A stretch of 64,000 nucleotides of DNA from Naegleria gruberi. Lineage: Eukaryota. The position numbers and the translations under genes are program-made. The notes under the pieces were generated by a model that had not been told where the DNA came from, made no database searches, and was given only the letters and a program-made list of their open reading frames with translations. Positions within the stretch are counted from its first letter, which is position 1. Each line of letters starts with the position of its first letter. The stretch lies in the NCBI GenBank assembly GCA_000004985.1, contig GG738905.1; one strand, given 5' to 3'. Positions 33,945 through 44,692 of the stretch are shown one piece after another.

Positions 33945-35699
33945 TCATGGATTTGCTATTCTGGTTTCTTCTTCCTCTTGAGTATTACTAGTGTTTGAGT
34001 TAGTTTCCTGCTCAGATTTCTCAGTTTTAACAATTATCTTGTTAGCTCTCTCGTGGGCAATCCTAGCTTCCTTAACCCAATCAATTCTAAAAATGATATA
34101 TATAAGAACAATGACAGCCATTAGAACCATACATGACGTCAATCCTAACCATAATCCCAAAAGTTCCAGCTTGGCAACAAATGCCAATAAACTACTAACT
34201 GGTAAACTGAATAAATAATAAGCAATGAGATTGAGGATCATTGTAAGAAATTGAGAGGAGGCTCCTCTCAATACACCAGTGCTAGTTCTCTGAATTCCAT
34301 CTACAATTGCAAATACGGAAATTATTGGAAGAATGGATGAAGCAACACTTCTCACTGATTCATCTGTTGTGTATAAAAGTGGAATCCATCTCGAACATAT
34401 TCCAATAATTGTTCCACTCACACTCATACATACTACAGATGAGAAAATACATAAATAAGCAGCATATTTGGCACCTGACGGATCGTTGGATCCTAATTTC
34501 TGGCCAACCATAACACAAGATGCATTACTCAGTGCCAATGGTAACATGAATGAAAGAGAAGCAATATTAAAAACAATGGAATGAGCCGCCACTTGAACAG
34601 CAGATATGAACGAGGCCACTATGGTTGTAAATTCAAAAGCCCACACTTCTGCACAAACACCAATCGTTCCTGGAATTGCCTGTTTGAAGAAAACCTTAAA
34701 TCCACCTTCCCATTTAAATACCTCATCCCATTTCATAGCTCCAATTAAAATCTCTCTAATATTCTCTCTATGATGAAAAAGAACATAAATATAACTGAAT
34801 ATTATGAATAATCTGGTTAATGTTGTGGCAATGGCTGCTCCTAAAAATCCAATTCCCTTAAATCCAATTCCAAATACAAATAACCAATTCAATCCAAAAT
34901 TCACAATTACGGCAGCAATTGGAATTAAAGTATTTGGTAATCTAATATTGACAGATGTCAAAAATCTTGCAGTTGATCTCGAAAATGCAAATGGAATTAA
35001 TCCAGGTAATAAATATCTAACAAATTGACCTGATAAATGTGAAGTTACTTCATCCATTCCCACTAAATTCAATATAGATTCCAAAAAGAACAAAACTACC
35101 ATAACAGGTAATAAAAATAATATTAAAGTAATGAAACTTCTCATCATCCAAACTCCAACCAATGGTTTGTTTTTTGCACCAAAAGCTTGTGCCACAAACG
35201 TATCCTGACCACTGATAATACCAACAGCAATAAAACTCAAACTAAAAAAGATTGCATTTCCCAATGCTGAACCAGCCATATATTGTGAATTTCCCAAATG
35301 TCCAATAAACATTAAATCTTCAATTCCAAGCATCTTATTTGATACATTCATCAATATTATTGGAAATGCAATATCAATCATGTGTTTAAATTGAGATTTC
35401 ATATTGAAAAATAAATCTTTTAATTTCTCCTTTAGGGAATTTTCATTCTTTCCATTATTGGGTATTAATTCCTCATCACCACCGTCATCATCCAGTATTG
35501 TTGGGAATTCTTTTTCTTCATCATGAATGCCAACTTCGGAAGACAATTCACCTAACATTCTTTCATCATTGTCTTGATTAATACTTGTTGATGAGTGCAA
35601 TGTTGCATTTAATATCGTCGTATCGGTCTTATTAATTGTTAAATGCAATAATGTATCGGGCGAGGAGTTTGAGGGCTGTTCATGGAGGTGTTGAGGCAT
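33945..35699 (-). CDS. MATE-family multidrug/toxin efflux transporter
   Basis: Start taken at the MPQHLHEQ ATG, which has a poly-A context. Twelve TM helices. MATE N-lobe signature PIILMNVSNKMLGIEDLMFIGHLGNSQYMAGSALGNAIF...GQDTFVAQAFGAKN. Intronless. An acidic N-terminal tail precedes the first helix. Confidence 0.75.
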   Translation of the reverse strand: MPQHLHEQPSNSSPDTLLHLTINKTDTTILNATLHSSTSINQDNDERMLGELSSEVGIHDEEKEFPTILDDDGGDEELIPNNGKNENSLKEKLKDLFFNMKSQFKHMIDIAFPIILMNVSNKMLGIEDLMFIGHLGNSQYMAGSALGNAIFFSLSFIAVGIISGQDTFVAQAFGAKNKPLVGVWMMRSFITLILFLLPVMVVLFFLESILNLVGMDEVTSHLSGQFVRYLLPGLIPFAFSRSTARFLTSVNIRLPNTLIPIAAVIVNFGLNWLFVFGIGFKGIGFLGAAIATTLTRLFIIFSYIYVLFHHRENIREILIGAMKWDEVFKWEGGFKVFFKQAIPGTIGVCAEVWAFEFTTIVASFISAVQVAAHSIVFNIASLSFMLPLALSNASCVMVGQKLGSNDPSGAKYAAYLCIFSSVVCMSVSGTIIGICSRWIPLLYTTDESVRSVASSILPIISVFAIVDGIQRTSTGVLRGASSQFLTMILNLIAYYLFSLPVSSLLAFVAKLELLGLWLGLTSCMVLMAVIVLIYIIFRIDWVKEARIAHERANKIIVKTEKSEQETNSNTSNTQEEEETRIANP

Positions 35700-36059
35700 T
35701 TTTTTGTTGAAAAAGATTCGCGCTAACATGTTACATAATAACCATTTCAATGCCATTTTTGGATTGTTCTAAATACTCAAATGCTTTTAGAATATTATTT
35801 GATTACAATTGTTTTCAGACTCAAATGAACTTGAGAATTCTTAAGGTCAATCAATTTGTGTCCATATCATTTCCATGCTTCTTCCAATAACAAAATCACA
35901 TTTCCATTACAATATTATTTTGTAATTTTCGTGTTTTTTAAAAAGTTCACTAAACATCTCCCAAAATAGCTCTCCACAAATCAAAAAACAAATCAAAATT
36001 ATCCAAATTTAAATCCTTAAAAAAAATTTCTCAAAAAAAACAGCAAACACTAACTTACA

Positions 36060-36665
36060 ATGTCTCAAGTCTCAACAATAGATAACGGAGCAACCTCATC
36101 ATCATCATCGGCAGGAGGGAATTATGATGCCATTTTGGATGCGGGGATTGATAGTATCGATCTTTCAAATCACGTTCATTTGAATAGAGAATTGGAGAAG
36201 GCTTCTGATGATCAAAAAGAAATTGTTTATCCAACTTTGAATTCCGAAATTGCCACTATTGATTCATCAAACAAGGTTGCTGAAAAGAAGGAATTTGTAT
36301 CAAAGGCTCTGTTAGTTTCGATAGGAGTGGGAGGCATGGGTGGTTACATGTCTGGTAATGTTATTAGGATTGGTAGTAGAGTTGTTTTTGGTGCAATTGC
36401 TGCTGTTTTATTGCTCGGAACCACTTTTACTTCAGTTTCAAGAACCTCCCTTAGAAAGAAGACCTCCACGAACAAGATGGTCAATGATTTGGAACAGTAT
36501 GAAATGTTGGCAAAGATTGGAATTGATGCTGCTAATAAGCAATTGCAAAATATTAATTTCAGAGAAATAATAGTTCACAAATGGGATCAACTCAAAGAAT
36601 ATACAAAGGATAATTATGCACTCACAAGTTCATTCTTGTTGGGTTTTATTATTTCCATGTTTTAA
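36060..36665 (+). CDS. small membrane protein, FUN14-like (201 aa)
   Basis: Gly-rich TM segments (LVSIGVGGMGGYMSGNVIRIGSRVVFGAIAAVLLLG), reminiscent of FUN14/FUNDC outer-membrane proteins. The assignment is tentative. Confidence 0.35.
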   Translation: MSQVSTIDNGATSSSSSAGGNYDAILDAGIDSIDLSNHVHLNRELEKASDDQKEIVYPTLNSEIATIDSSNKVAEKKEFVSKALLVSIGVGGMGGYMSGNVIRIGSRVVFGAIAAVLLLGTTFTSVSRTSLRKKTSTNKMVNDLEQYEMLAKIGIDAANKQLQNINFREIIVHKWDQLKEYTKDNYALTSSFLLGFIISMF

Positions 36666-36704
36666 ATATTATACTGTTACCTTAATAAATTGTTTATATC
36701 CTAA

Positions 36705-38306
36705 CTAGTTATCTGGATTTCTGGAATCGATAACATCGAATATTGAAAGTGCTTCATCTGCCTTTGGATGTCCTTGTTTTTTGGCAATAAGGAAGAATGA
36801 ATAGGCCAACTCTCCATTTTGATTATCCAAAAAGAATTTTCCTAATACGAAACTAGCTCTAGAATTTCCCAATTTAGATGATCTTTGTAAACATGAAAAA
36901 GCATATTCCATATCAGCTTGCTCCCATTCCTGTTCAAACATATGAAGACAACCAGCTCTAAACAAAATACCAGAATTATTTGGATCGATTGACAAATATT
37001 TAGAATAGGTTTGATCTGCCAAATCCAAGTTAGGTTCCAGTAATACTTGTCCACTCTCTGAAACCTTTCCATCCTCATAGAATCCAGCCAATAAACCAAG
37101 TGCCTTAAGATTTCCATTATCTGCTGCCTTTTTTAAATATTCTAAACCTTTCAAATCATCAACTGGTGTGGCAATTCCTAAAAAGTGGAATTCAGCAACT
37201 CTCATTAAAGCATCTGGATAATTTAAATCAGCTGCCTTATTATACCATTCCAATGCCTTTTCATCACTTTTTTCAAATGATTTTCCATATTCATAAAACT
37301 CTCCCAATCTAATCGACAAATATTATTGAAATATTTCACATTATGTTACAACATTTCAATCATTAAAACTATAATTAACATACCTATACATGCATCCTGG
37401 ATTGTTCTTTTCAGCTCCAAGCTCAAACCAAACTCTAGCTGTTGTATTACTTGAAGAGAGGAATTTGGTCTTTAATGGATTTGAAATAAAGTCAAATTCA
37501 AGATAATACTCCTTATAGAATAGCATACCAGCAAAGTAATAAGCTTCTGGATAACCTGATCTGGCACTTTCTAATATAAGTGAATGAATTTGCTTTGCTT
37601 CATATGGAAGAATGAAGGTATTTCTAAGTAATTGAGCTAGTGCCAATGATTTTTCTGGAGTTTTCTCTTTAGAGTAGACTAGTGCTTTTTTCAATAATAA
37701 ATGAGTGTAAACTTGATCGATTTGAATGCTTGCATCCCCTTGTTTCGAATAGAAAACTTTCAAGTTGTGACGATCAGGTGTTGTTTCCTCCTCACTGTCA
37801 TCATTTTCAAAGTTTTCATCCACAAATAAATATTCCAAAGAAGGTAATTTCATTTCCTTCATGCAATTTTCCAATGCTTTCTTCGTAATCTTATTTCTAC
37901 TAATATCCAATAACTTTAATTGATTCCATTTTGAATGATTCATCAATAAATCCAAACATTCATCATTCAATTCACACTCAACTAATCTCAATTCCTCCAA
38001 TTCTTCCCATTCACTATTAGAAACTAACTTTCTAACACTTGATTCGTCTAAATTTCCTCCCAAAATTTGTAAAATCTTCAATCCTTTAAAATTTGAATTT
38101 TCACATATTGCATCCACTTCTTCCGAACCCACTTTCGTATTTAATAGGAATATTCTCTTCAGAGGAGTTTCAATTTTTTGTAATTCTTCCGAGGCAGTGC
38201 TACTTTCACCCAATTCGAATAAAGTTTCTTGCTCCCAATCAATGGCTTCCGAATTGTCCAACTCCTTGTTTGTGTGTGGTAAATTCATAACGTGTTCTGT
38301 TTGCAT
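36705..38306 (-). CDS. LRR plus SEL1-repeat protein, 2 exons
   Basis: Exons are 37384..38306 (leucine-rich repeat region LKILQILGGNL...LRLVECELNDECLDLLMNH...LLDISRNKI) and 36705..37308 (SEL1/TPR-like repeats ALEWYNKAADLNYPDALMRVAEFHFLG...AADNGNLKALGLLAGFYEDG). They are joined by a 75-nt intron (GTATGT..CGATTAG) at 37309..37383; the junction reads CMYR|LGEFYEYG. Confidence 0.6.
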
Positions 38307-38474
38307 TTTTTTTTTCTAGTGTGTGAAATTCAGGTTTCTAATAGATTGTTTAATAGGAATGGGAAATGGATTCTTCAAATTCAATTTCAGAAATTAACAG
38401 CATTGAACTATTTGGAACTATTTCAAATTATGTAACAGTGTGAATATAAATGTTACATTCAAAACAACTGTTGA

Positions 38475-39425
38475 TTGTTTAGAACAAACTTCTACAATAA
38501 GAGTAGTGGAACATGTGAAGTGATAGAAGGGCCTGTTCTCATTACAAAAACACCAGGTCTATTCAGATCCGATATGAGACTATTCCAGGCAGTGAAGAAA
38601 GATTGCTTGACCCATTTAAAAGATGTAGTTGTGTTTTCCTCTTTAGGACCAGAATTTGTACCTTCTCTGATATCTGGAGCTGATTTAGATGGTGACCATT
38701 TTTACATTTTCTGGGATTCTGAGCTTGTGGAGAATATACAATGTGTTGATGAAAAGGAACCATCATCCATATTATCGAATACACCAGTCAATAATAACTC
38801 ATTGAATACTTACAATTGGAGCTGTCTCTATACAAACATTCCAACTTTTTCAGAAGATGTTATCGACAATGTTGGTTTAGAGGATGAATTTGATAATTAT
38901 GAAATAGCCATTAAGAAGTCGTATCAAAAATTGCTATTAGCTCTTGACACTTTCAAATATTGCTCCTTCTCTCACTTACTTGAATTGAGAAGAATTTTTG
39001 TTGATTACTTTGCAATTAATTGGGCAAACAATAATGAATATTACAATATCATGTATCAAATCGCAAATGCCATTACCTGCACCATAGACGCTCCAAAACA
39101 TGGACAGTGGAAAGAATGGAAAGACTTTCTGCCAATCATATCAAATATTCCAAAAAGCCCACATTATTTACTTACAGGGAATTGTACTATTTCACATTCG
39201 ATATTTGGTAAAAATGTAAAGATTGAATGCAATTATGATGGAAATGGTGGCGAAGCTTTTTACCTACTATTCGAAAATTGCCTTAAGAAATATGATTTAG
39301 AAACGTATGACCCTATTTGGACATCTCCAACTCTTGAAAATCCAATTGCAATAGATATTCATGATGACACCAAGGACTACAGAAATAATTTAATCAGTAT
39401 TGGATCAAGCATCAAATCAAATTGA
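38475..39425 (+). CDS. RNA-dependent RNA polymerase (eukaryotic RDR/QDE-1 type) C-terminal fragment containing the DLDGD catalytic motif; possibly truncated or pseudogenic
   Basis: GPVLITKTPGLFRSDMRLFQAVKK...VVFSSLGPEFVPSLISGADLDGDHFYIFWD matches the RDR catalytic core. The ORF is only 316 aa and begins at TTG. An in-frame stop lies just upstream and the first ATG is 34 codons in. Only about 170 bp separate it from the start of the neighbouring minus-strand gene, so there is no room for the roughly 600-aa N-terminal part of a full RDR. Confidence 0.45.
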   Translation: MFRTNFYNKSSGTCEVIEGPVLITKTPGLFRSDMRLFQAVKKDCLTHLKDVVVFSSLGPEFVPSLISGADLDGDHFYIFWDSELVENIQCVDEKEPSSILSNTPVNNNSLNTYNWSCLYTNIPTFSEDVIDNVGLEDEFDNYEIAIKKSYQKLLLALDTFKYCSFSHLLELRRIFVDYFAINWANNNEYYNIMYQIANAITCTIDAPKHGQWKEWKDFLPIISNIPKSPHYLLTGNCTISHSIFGKNVKIECNYDGNGGEAFYLLFENCLKKYDLETYDPIWTSPTLENPIAIDIHDDTKDYRNNLISIGSSIKSN

Positions 39426-39477
39426 AATAATAATAATCATAAACTAACTATTAAAGACATGTTAAATATTATTTAAT

Positions 39478-39720
39478 TTATTTATTAACACCTGGGAAGG
39501 AATCAACGTATTTAATCTTAAAATCAGGGAAGGAATCAACAATTTTAATCTTGTAATCAGGGAAGGAATCAACAATTTTCCATTTACCTGCAGAATCAGG
39601 GAAGGAATCAACAAGTTTAACTTTGAGATCAGGGAAGGAATCGACAATTTTAACTTTATAATCTGGGAAACTGTCAACGAATTTAATCTTTCCGTAAATC
39701 TTGGAAACGTCTGGAGCCAT
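39478..39720 (-). CDS. small ORF (80 aa) made of seven tandem copies of an 11-aa unit (K-x-K-x-VDSFPD-x)
   Basis: MAPDVSKIYG KIKFVDSFPDY KVKIVDSFPDL KVKLVDSFPDS ... KIKYVDSFPGVNK. It is encoded by a 33-bp tandem DNA repeat (atcagggaaggaatcaacaattttaatcttgta), and the coding frame is maintained across all copies. Confidence 0.4.
   Translation of the reverse strand: MAPDVSKIYGKIKFVDSFPDYKVKIVDSFPDLKVKLVDSFPDSAGKWKIVDSFPDYKIKIVDSFPDFKIKYVDSFPGVNK
39490..39700. repeat. 33-bp tandem repeat array (about 6.5 copies), in-frame with ORF 39478..39720
   Basis: Directly visible periodicity on the plus strand of the motif gggaaggaatcaacaa (written here) recurring every 33 bp, with minor substitutions. 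Confidence 0.8.
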
Positions 39721-39952
39721 TGTTTATTTGTTTTTTTTTGATCTAATTAAAACTACATCTTTTCTAATCAAAATGATTTTATTGGTTGTTGTGAAATTCA
39801 CACAACATCATGTTCTGACATGTTCCAATAAAAAAGGAAGAAAATGATGCTTCATCATTATATCCATCAATCGAGTCAGTGGTTACAATATTAGAAACTA
39901 CAGATATTTTACAGTTTCAAGTTGATAGGTTTTTATTTTAAACCAAGTTTAA

Positions 39953-41506
39953 TTACAATTCATCCTTACGAGTTGTTGGTGTAAGGATTTTGAGGTAAAT
40001 TTCAAGGATTTTCTTTTCTGATTGAATGTATCTGACAGCACATTTCTGAGACATGGTCACAGGAAGTCTTTTTCCTAGTATTGATTCATTTTCTTGTATC
40101 ATTTCAATAATATTATCCAATCTTTGTTTGATGAGTCCTCTAATTGTTTCAATGACAATCTTTTCATTTCTATCCGAAATTGGGTTGATTAGGATTTTAG
40201 CAATCATGTCTCTCTTCTGATCCAATGGTGCTAATGAATTGGCAATATCAGAGAGGGCCTTAATTTCCACTGAATCACAGCTCAATATTCTCATAATGGC
40301 AATAATATTCGGATCAAATATTTCACTGAGAGTATGTTCTACTAAATTAAAGCTATCATCATTATAGTAGAGAGTTTGTGTGAGATGATATTCATCAAGG
40401 GAGGTCATTGAGAGTAAACGCACTCTTTGATTGTTGAGCTTCTTATCGACAGTGGACATTCTCCTCATTACAGATTCTCTCATATCAATAACAGTGATAG
40501 TATTATTCAAAAACTCAATTTCTGGATCATCCAATGGACAAAAACCATAATCCATCATGAGAATATGATTCAGTGTTGGAGTTAATTTTCCATACTTTAC
40601 AAAAAGTTGATTTCCAGCTTTGACTCTCTTTGATGTTTTGAAAATGAGCTCATTGGTCTTCTTGTCAGTGTAAGAAATTACATTTGCACCAGTCTTTGAA
40701 AAGTTAATAATATCACCCAATGGAACAAAACATGAACGATCTGTCTTGATTCTGTAATCATAAATCGAGTGAATTCTAGACCAACTGAGAGAAACAAAAT
40801 GTTCAAATAATCCAAGAGTAATTGAAGAAGTGTTTCTAATTGGTTCTAATACTGTCAAATCATTCAATAATGGATTGACAATTTTTTGAAATGAATTGGC
40901 AATACTTTGTCTTCTTGTAAGAGCTGATGGAAGTAATGTAGACCCCTTCAATAATGTTAATTCTTCTCCACCAAAAAGGAATGCTACTTTTGGACCTTCA
41001 TCACGAAATGGTCTTGGTAGAGATCCAATATATGGAGTGAATTTGACAGCATCAGCATCAAACTTCATTTCAGGATTGCTTGATTGAGCCAAATTAAATA
41101 AATAAACAATCATCAAAACCATTGCATTAAAAATTGACAAATCCCCTTCCTGTAATCTCTTTAAAGTATCCAATGACTTGGCATTCTCATGTTTAAATAA
41201 TTTTTCAAATATAAATTTCGAATCCAGCAAGGTCTCTTGTTTTAATTTAAACAAAATTGTATTCTGTTTAATATCTTTAGTGGCAACAAGTGCCTTTCCA
41301 AAATCAACCACTTGTTTAATTTCAAATAAATTATCATTCACCTCCGAATGTTCCTCTTCTCTCATCCACTTTGTCAATAAATTAAATCTTTCATCATTCG
41401 ATGCCACAACAACACTCCAATGATAACAAAATACCATCATTGTCATCAATAAGAACATCATCACAAAATTCCTTGATGATGAATGATGAGCTTTCATGTT
41501 GGGCAT
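39953..41506 (-). CDS. SET-domain lysine methyltransferase (SETD6/RBCMT-like, with Rubisco-LSMT-type substrate-binding region), 517 aa
   Basis: N-SET FGKALVATKDIKQNTILFKL. Post-SET region CFVPLGDIINFSKTGANVISY...AGNQLFVKYGK (compare ALVPxxDxxNH...GEExxxxYG). Hydrophobic N-terminus. Intronless. Confidence 0.5.
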   Translation of the reverse strand: MPNMKAHHSSSRNFVMMFLLMTMMVFCYHWSVVVASNDERFNLLTKWMREEEHSEVNDNLFEIKQVVDFGKALVATKDIKQNTILFKLKQETLLDSKFIFEKLFKHENAKSLDTLKRLQEGDLSIFNAMVLMIVYLFNLAQSSNPEMKFDADAVKFTPYIGSLPRPFRDEGPKVAFLFGGEELTLLKGSTLLPSALTRRQSIANSFQKIVNPLLNDLTVLEPIRNTSSITLGLFEHFVSLSWSRIHSIYDYRIKTDRSCFVPLGDIINFSKTGANVISYTDKKTNELIFKTSKRVKAGNQLFVKYGKLTPTLNHILMMDYGFCPLDDPEIEFLNNTITVIDMRESVMRRMSTVDKKLNNQRVRLLSMTSLDEYHLTQTLYYNDDSFNLVEHTLSEIFDPNIIAIMRILSCDSVEIKALSDIANSLAPLDQKRDMIAKILINPISDRNEKIVIETIRGLIKQRLDNIIEMIQENESILGKRLPVTMSQKCAVRYIQSEKKILEIYLKILTPTTRKDEL

Positions 41507-41864
41507 TTTTTTTAATTATAATTTTATTCTCCTATTTAACATGATTGTTGAGGATTCGCTTTGATTGTTAATAGGAGAATTGCTGAAATCAAAGCTCAAT
41601 ATTTTCTGTTTCAACTTGATCGAATTTAAAGAAAATTCCATTTGAATAATTAAAGGAATGTTTTCTCCAAGTTAAATCTCAGAGAAATGTTAATCAAGAT
41701 TGAAGCAAGGTTATGGGAATTGTCTGTTATTAGATAAGGTGCATAATAGAGCAAATTATCTGAAAAAGCAATAAAACTAAATCCCAAAAATCTCTTTTGA
41801 CTATTTTCCTTTTTGAGAAATTCGATTCATATTTTCAAACTTTGAAAATCATATTATTCAATGT

Positions 41865-42899
41865 TTATTCACAATCATCAACAGAAGTGATGCTAACATC
41901 ACATCTCCAAGTTGTTTTATACATTTTCCTTCTGATATGTTCTTCATATCTTGAAATGAAGAAATTATCTTTCAGTATAACTACTCTGCCTGATCTCCAC
42001 TCAGTAACAAGTAGGTCTCCATTTCGGTCATTCAAAGAGATACCCAGAGGATAATCAACACCAGTAACACTCTCGAGATATTCTCCCTCAGATGTGAATA
42101 TCTGTATTCTATCATTAAAGCTATCTGAAACATAAATATTTCCAGTTCTTTTCTCAACACAGACAGAACATGGCTCATTGAACTCGCCATTTTCCCTTCC
42201 TCGTTTACCAAAACTTTTGATAAACTTTCCCTCCTTAGATATTATTTGAACTCTATGATTGTATCTATCTGTAATAATTAAATTATCATCATTTCCGAAA
42301 CAAATATTTCTTGATTGAATAAATTCCAAATTCCCACTTCCATGTTTTCCAAATTCCCTCACATAATTACCGTTGGAATCTAAAACAAGAATTCTATTAT
42401 TTGCTTGATCACAAAGATAAATATTTCGCTCCTTTGAATTGAAATCAATAGCAATTCCAGAAGGTAAATTAAAACCACCAGTAGTTTTCCAAATTAATTT
42501 TCCAAAGACTGAATATTTGTACAATGTATTATCATTTGATCCAAATAATATTGTTGAATCCTCTGGATTGAACTCAATATAAAATGGAATATCTGCACCA
42601 CAATCAATTTTGTATTTCCATTCGTATGTATTTAACTCAAACACTTGAATAGCGTTATTTCCTGAATCACAAACAAATATCAGTTCTTGATTATTATCTA
42701 CGCACATATCGTATGGATTGGAAAACCTTCTATTTACTCCCAATATTTTCTTATAACAGTATCTTACATTGTTTGTGTTGATCATCACTTCCTTCCCGTC
42801 TTCTTCTTCGACAACCGTTTGCCAATCTAGTTCTTCTTCCTCTTGCAAATCATCATCATCGTAGAACATCTCATCTGTAAAATCATCATCATCTGACAT
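41865..42899 (-). CDS. NHL-repeat beta-propeller protein (344 aa) with an acidic N-terminus
   Basis: Repeated NHL units (FNLPSGIAIDFNSKERNIYLCDQANNRILVLDSNGNYVREFGKHGSGNLEF..., NHRVQIISKEGKFIKSFGKRGRENGEFNEPCSV..., NDRIQIFTSEGEYL). N-terminal DDDD/EEEE run. Confidence 0.6.
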   Translation of the reverse strand: MSDDDDFTDEMFYDDDDLQEEEELDWQTVVEEEDGKEVMINTNNVRYCYKKILGVNRRFSNPYDMCVDNNQELIFVCDSGNNAIQVFELNTYEWKYKIDCGADIPFYIEFNPEDSTILFGSNDNTLYKYSVFGKLIWKTTGGFNLPSGIAIDFNSKERNIYLCDQANNRILVLDSNGNYVREFGKHGSGNLEFIQSRNICFGNDDNLIITDRYNHRVQIISKEGKFIKSFGKRGRENGEFNEPCSVCVEKRTGNIYVSDSFNDRIQIFTSEGEYLESVTGVDYPLGISLNDRNGDLLVTEWRSGRVVILKDNFFISRYEEHIRRKMYKTTWRCDVSITSVDDCE

Positions 42900-43026
42900 T
42901 TTTTTTGATTGTTAACCAGTAGTCAAAGAGATAGAACTATTTTGGATTTGCTTTCGTTTACAATTTTTCCTCCATGTTCACCTTTTGCTTTATTGAACCA
43001 TTTTTAGATTAATAAATAGTTTTATT

Positions 43027-44692
43027 TTACAAGTTTTGCAAGCCCAACAATTCAGCAATTCTACGACCATAATCCTTATCAGCCTTATAGAAGATTTGTA
43101 ATTGTCTCAATTGAATTTCCTTCTTGGCATTCTTCAAGTGCAAAGCAATATTGTGAACAAGTCTAGAACGATCATATTCAGTCATAACTTCACGATACAA
43201 AGTACCAGCTTGGACGTAGTCATCATTTGGATGATTTGGCTTGGAACGAGTAATGGCACCTTGAACCTTAGTTGGGTGTTCAATCAATTGCTTAGCTTCA
43301 TATGGACCACCGAATGTGTTTGGTTCATAGTTTGGAGCAGAACCACCGTTACCATTGACAGTCATGGAACCATCTCTGAATTGACAGTTCAATTTAGCCT
43401 TAAGTGGAGCATTAATTGGAATTTGAGCATAGTTAGCGCCCAATCTATGTCTGTGAGTATCTGGATAAGAGAAAAGTCTACCTTGGAGCATCTTGTCAAG
43501 GGATGGTTCAATACCAGGAACCAAGTTAGATGGAGAGAATGCAGATTGTTCAGTTTCGGCAAAGTAATTGTTTGGATTACGATTCAAAACCATTCTACCA
43601 ACTGGAATGAGTGGATAATCCTTGTGTGCCCAAACCTTAGTAATATCAAAAACATCAACTTTGTACTTGGCAGCATCATCAACTGGCATAATTTGGAAAT
43701 AAACCTTCCAAGCTGGGCTGCTTCCTTGCTTAATTGAGTTGAACAAATCACGAGTAGCATGATCTGGATCTTCACCAGCCAAACGAGTGGCTTCTTCAAC
43801 AGTCAAATTCTTAATACCTTGTTCAGTCTTGAAGTGAATCTTAGCCCAGAAAGCTTCACCTTGTGAGTTAACCAATTTGAAAGTGTGACCAGAATAACCG
43901 TTCATGTGACGATAAGAAAATGGTGTACCTCTATCACTGAACAAAACAGTAAGTTGGTGAACTGATTCTGGAGTCAAACTCAAAAAGTCCCAGAATGCAT
44001 CAGGATCCTTCAAGTTTGATTGTGGATTTCTCTTTTGGGTATGGATAAAATCTGGGAATTTAATAGTGTCACGAATGAAGAAAACTGGAGTATTATTACC
44101 AACAAAATCATAATTTCCTTCTTCAGTATAGAATTTAACAGCAAAACCTCTTGGATCTCTATCAGAATCGGCACTACCCTTTTCACCACCAACAGTGGAA
44201 AAACGAGCAAAAACTGGAGTTCTCTTACCAACACGATTCAAGAATGCAGCCTTGGTGAATTTAGTGATATCATGAGTGACTTCAAAATAACCATGAGCAC
44301 CAGCACCCTTTGCGTGAACAACTCTTTCTGGGATTCTATTATAATGCAACAATTAAAATGTATAAAATTAATAAAACAATGTCTTATAATACTAACCTTT
44401 CACGATCAAAGTGGGCCAATTTGCTGATCAAATAAGTATCTTGCAAAAGGATTGGTCCATTATTGCCAGCTGTGAGGGAATTGTTGTTATCAGCAACTGG
44501 ATGGCCAAATTCATCAGTCAAAGTACTGTTGTTGTATAATAATATTATGAATGATGAAAAGCATTTTAATATTAATCAATCGACATATAATTTTAATGTG
44601 TCGTAAATTAAAGAAGATAGGAAAATTCGCACAAAATTGATGAGCACTAGGTTATTGCTCTGAAACCTACCTGGTGTAATCGTAGTTAAAGT
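43027..44692 (-). CDS. catalase (monofunctional heme catalase), 3 exons, 489 aa
   Basis: Exons are 44661..44692 ([11 protein letters not shown]), 44406..44525 and 43027..44344. Introns are 44526..44660 (135 nt, GTAGGT..CAACAG) and 44345..44405 (61 nt, GTTAGT..TAATAG). The spliced protein ...[27 protein letters not shown]...FSDRGTP...[14 protein letters not shown]... matches catalases nearly residue for residue. Confidence 0.9.
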
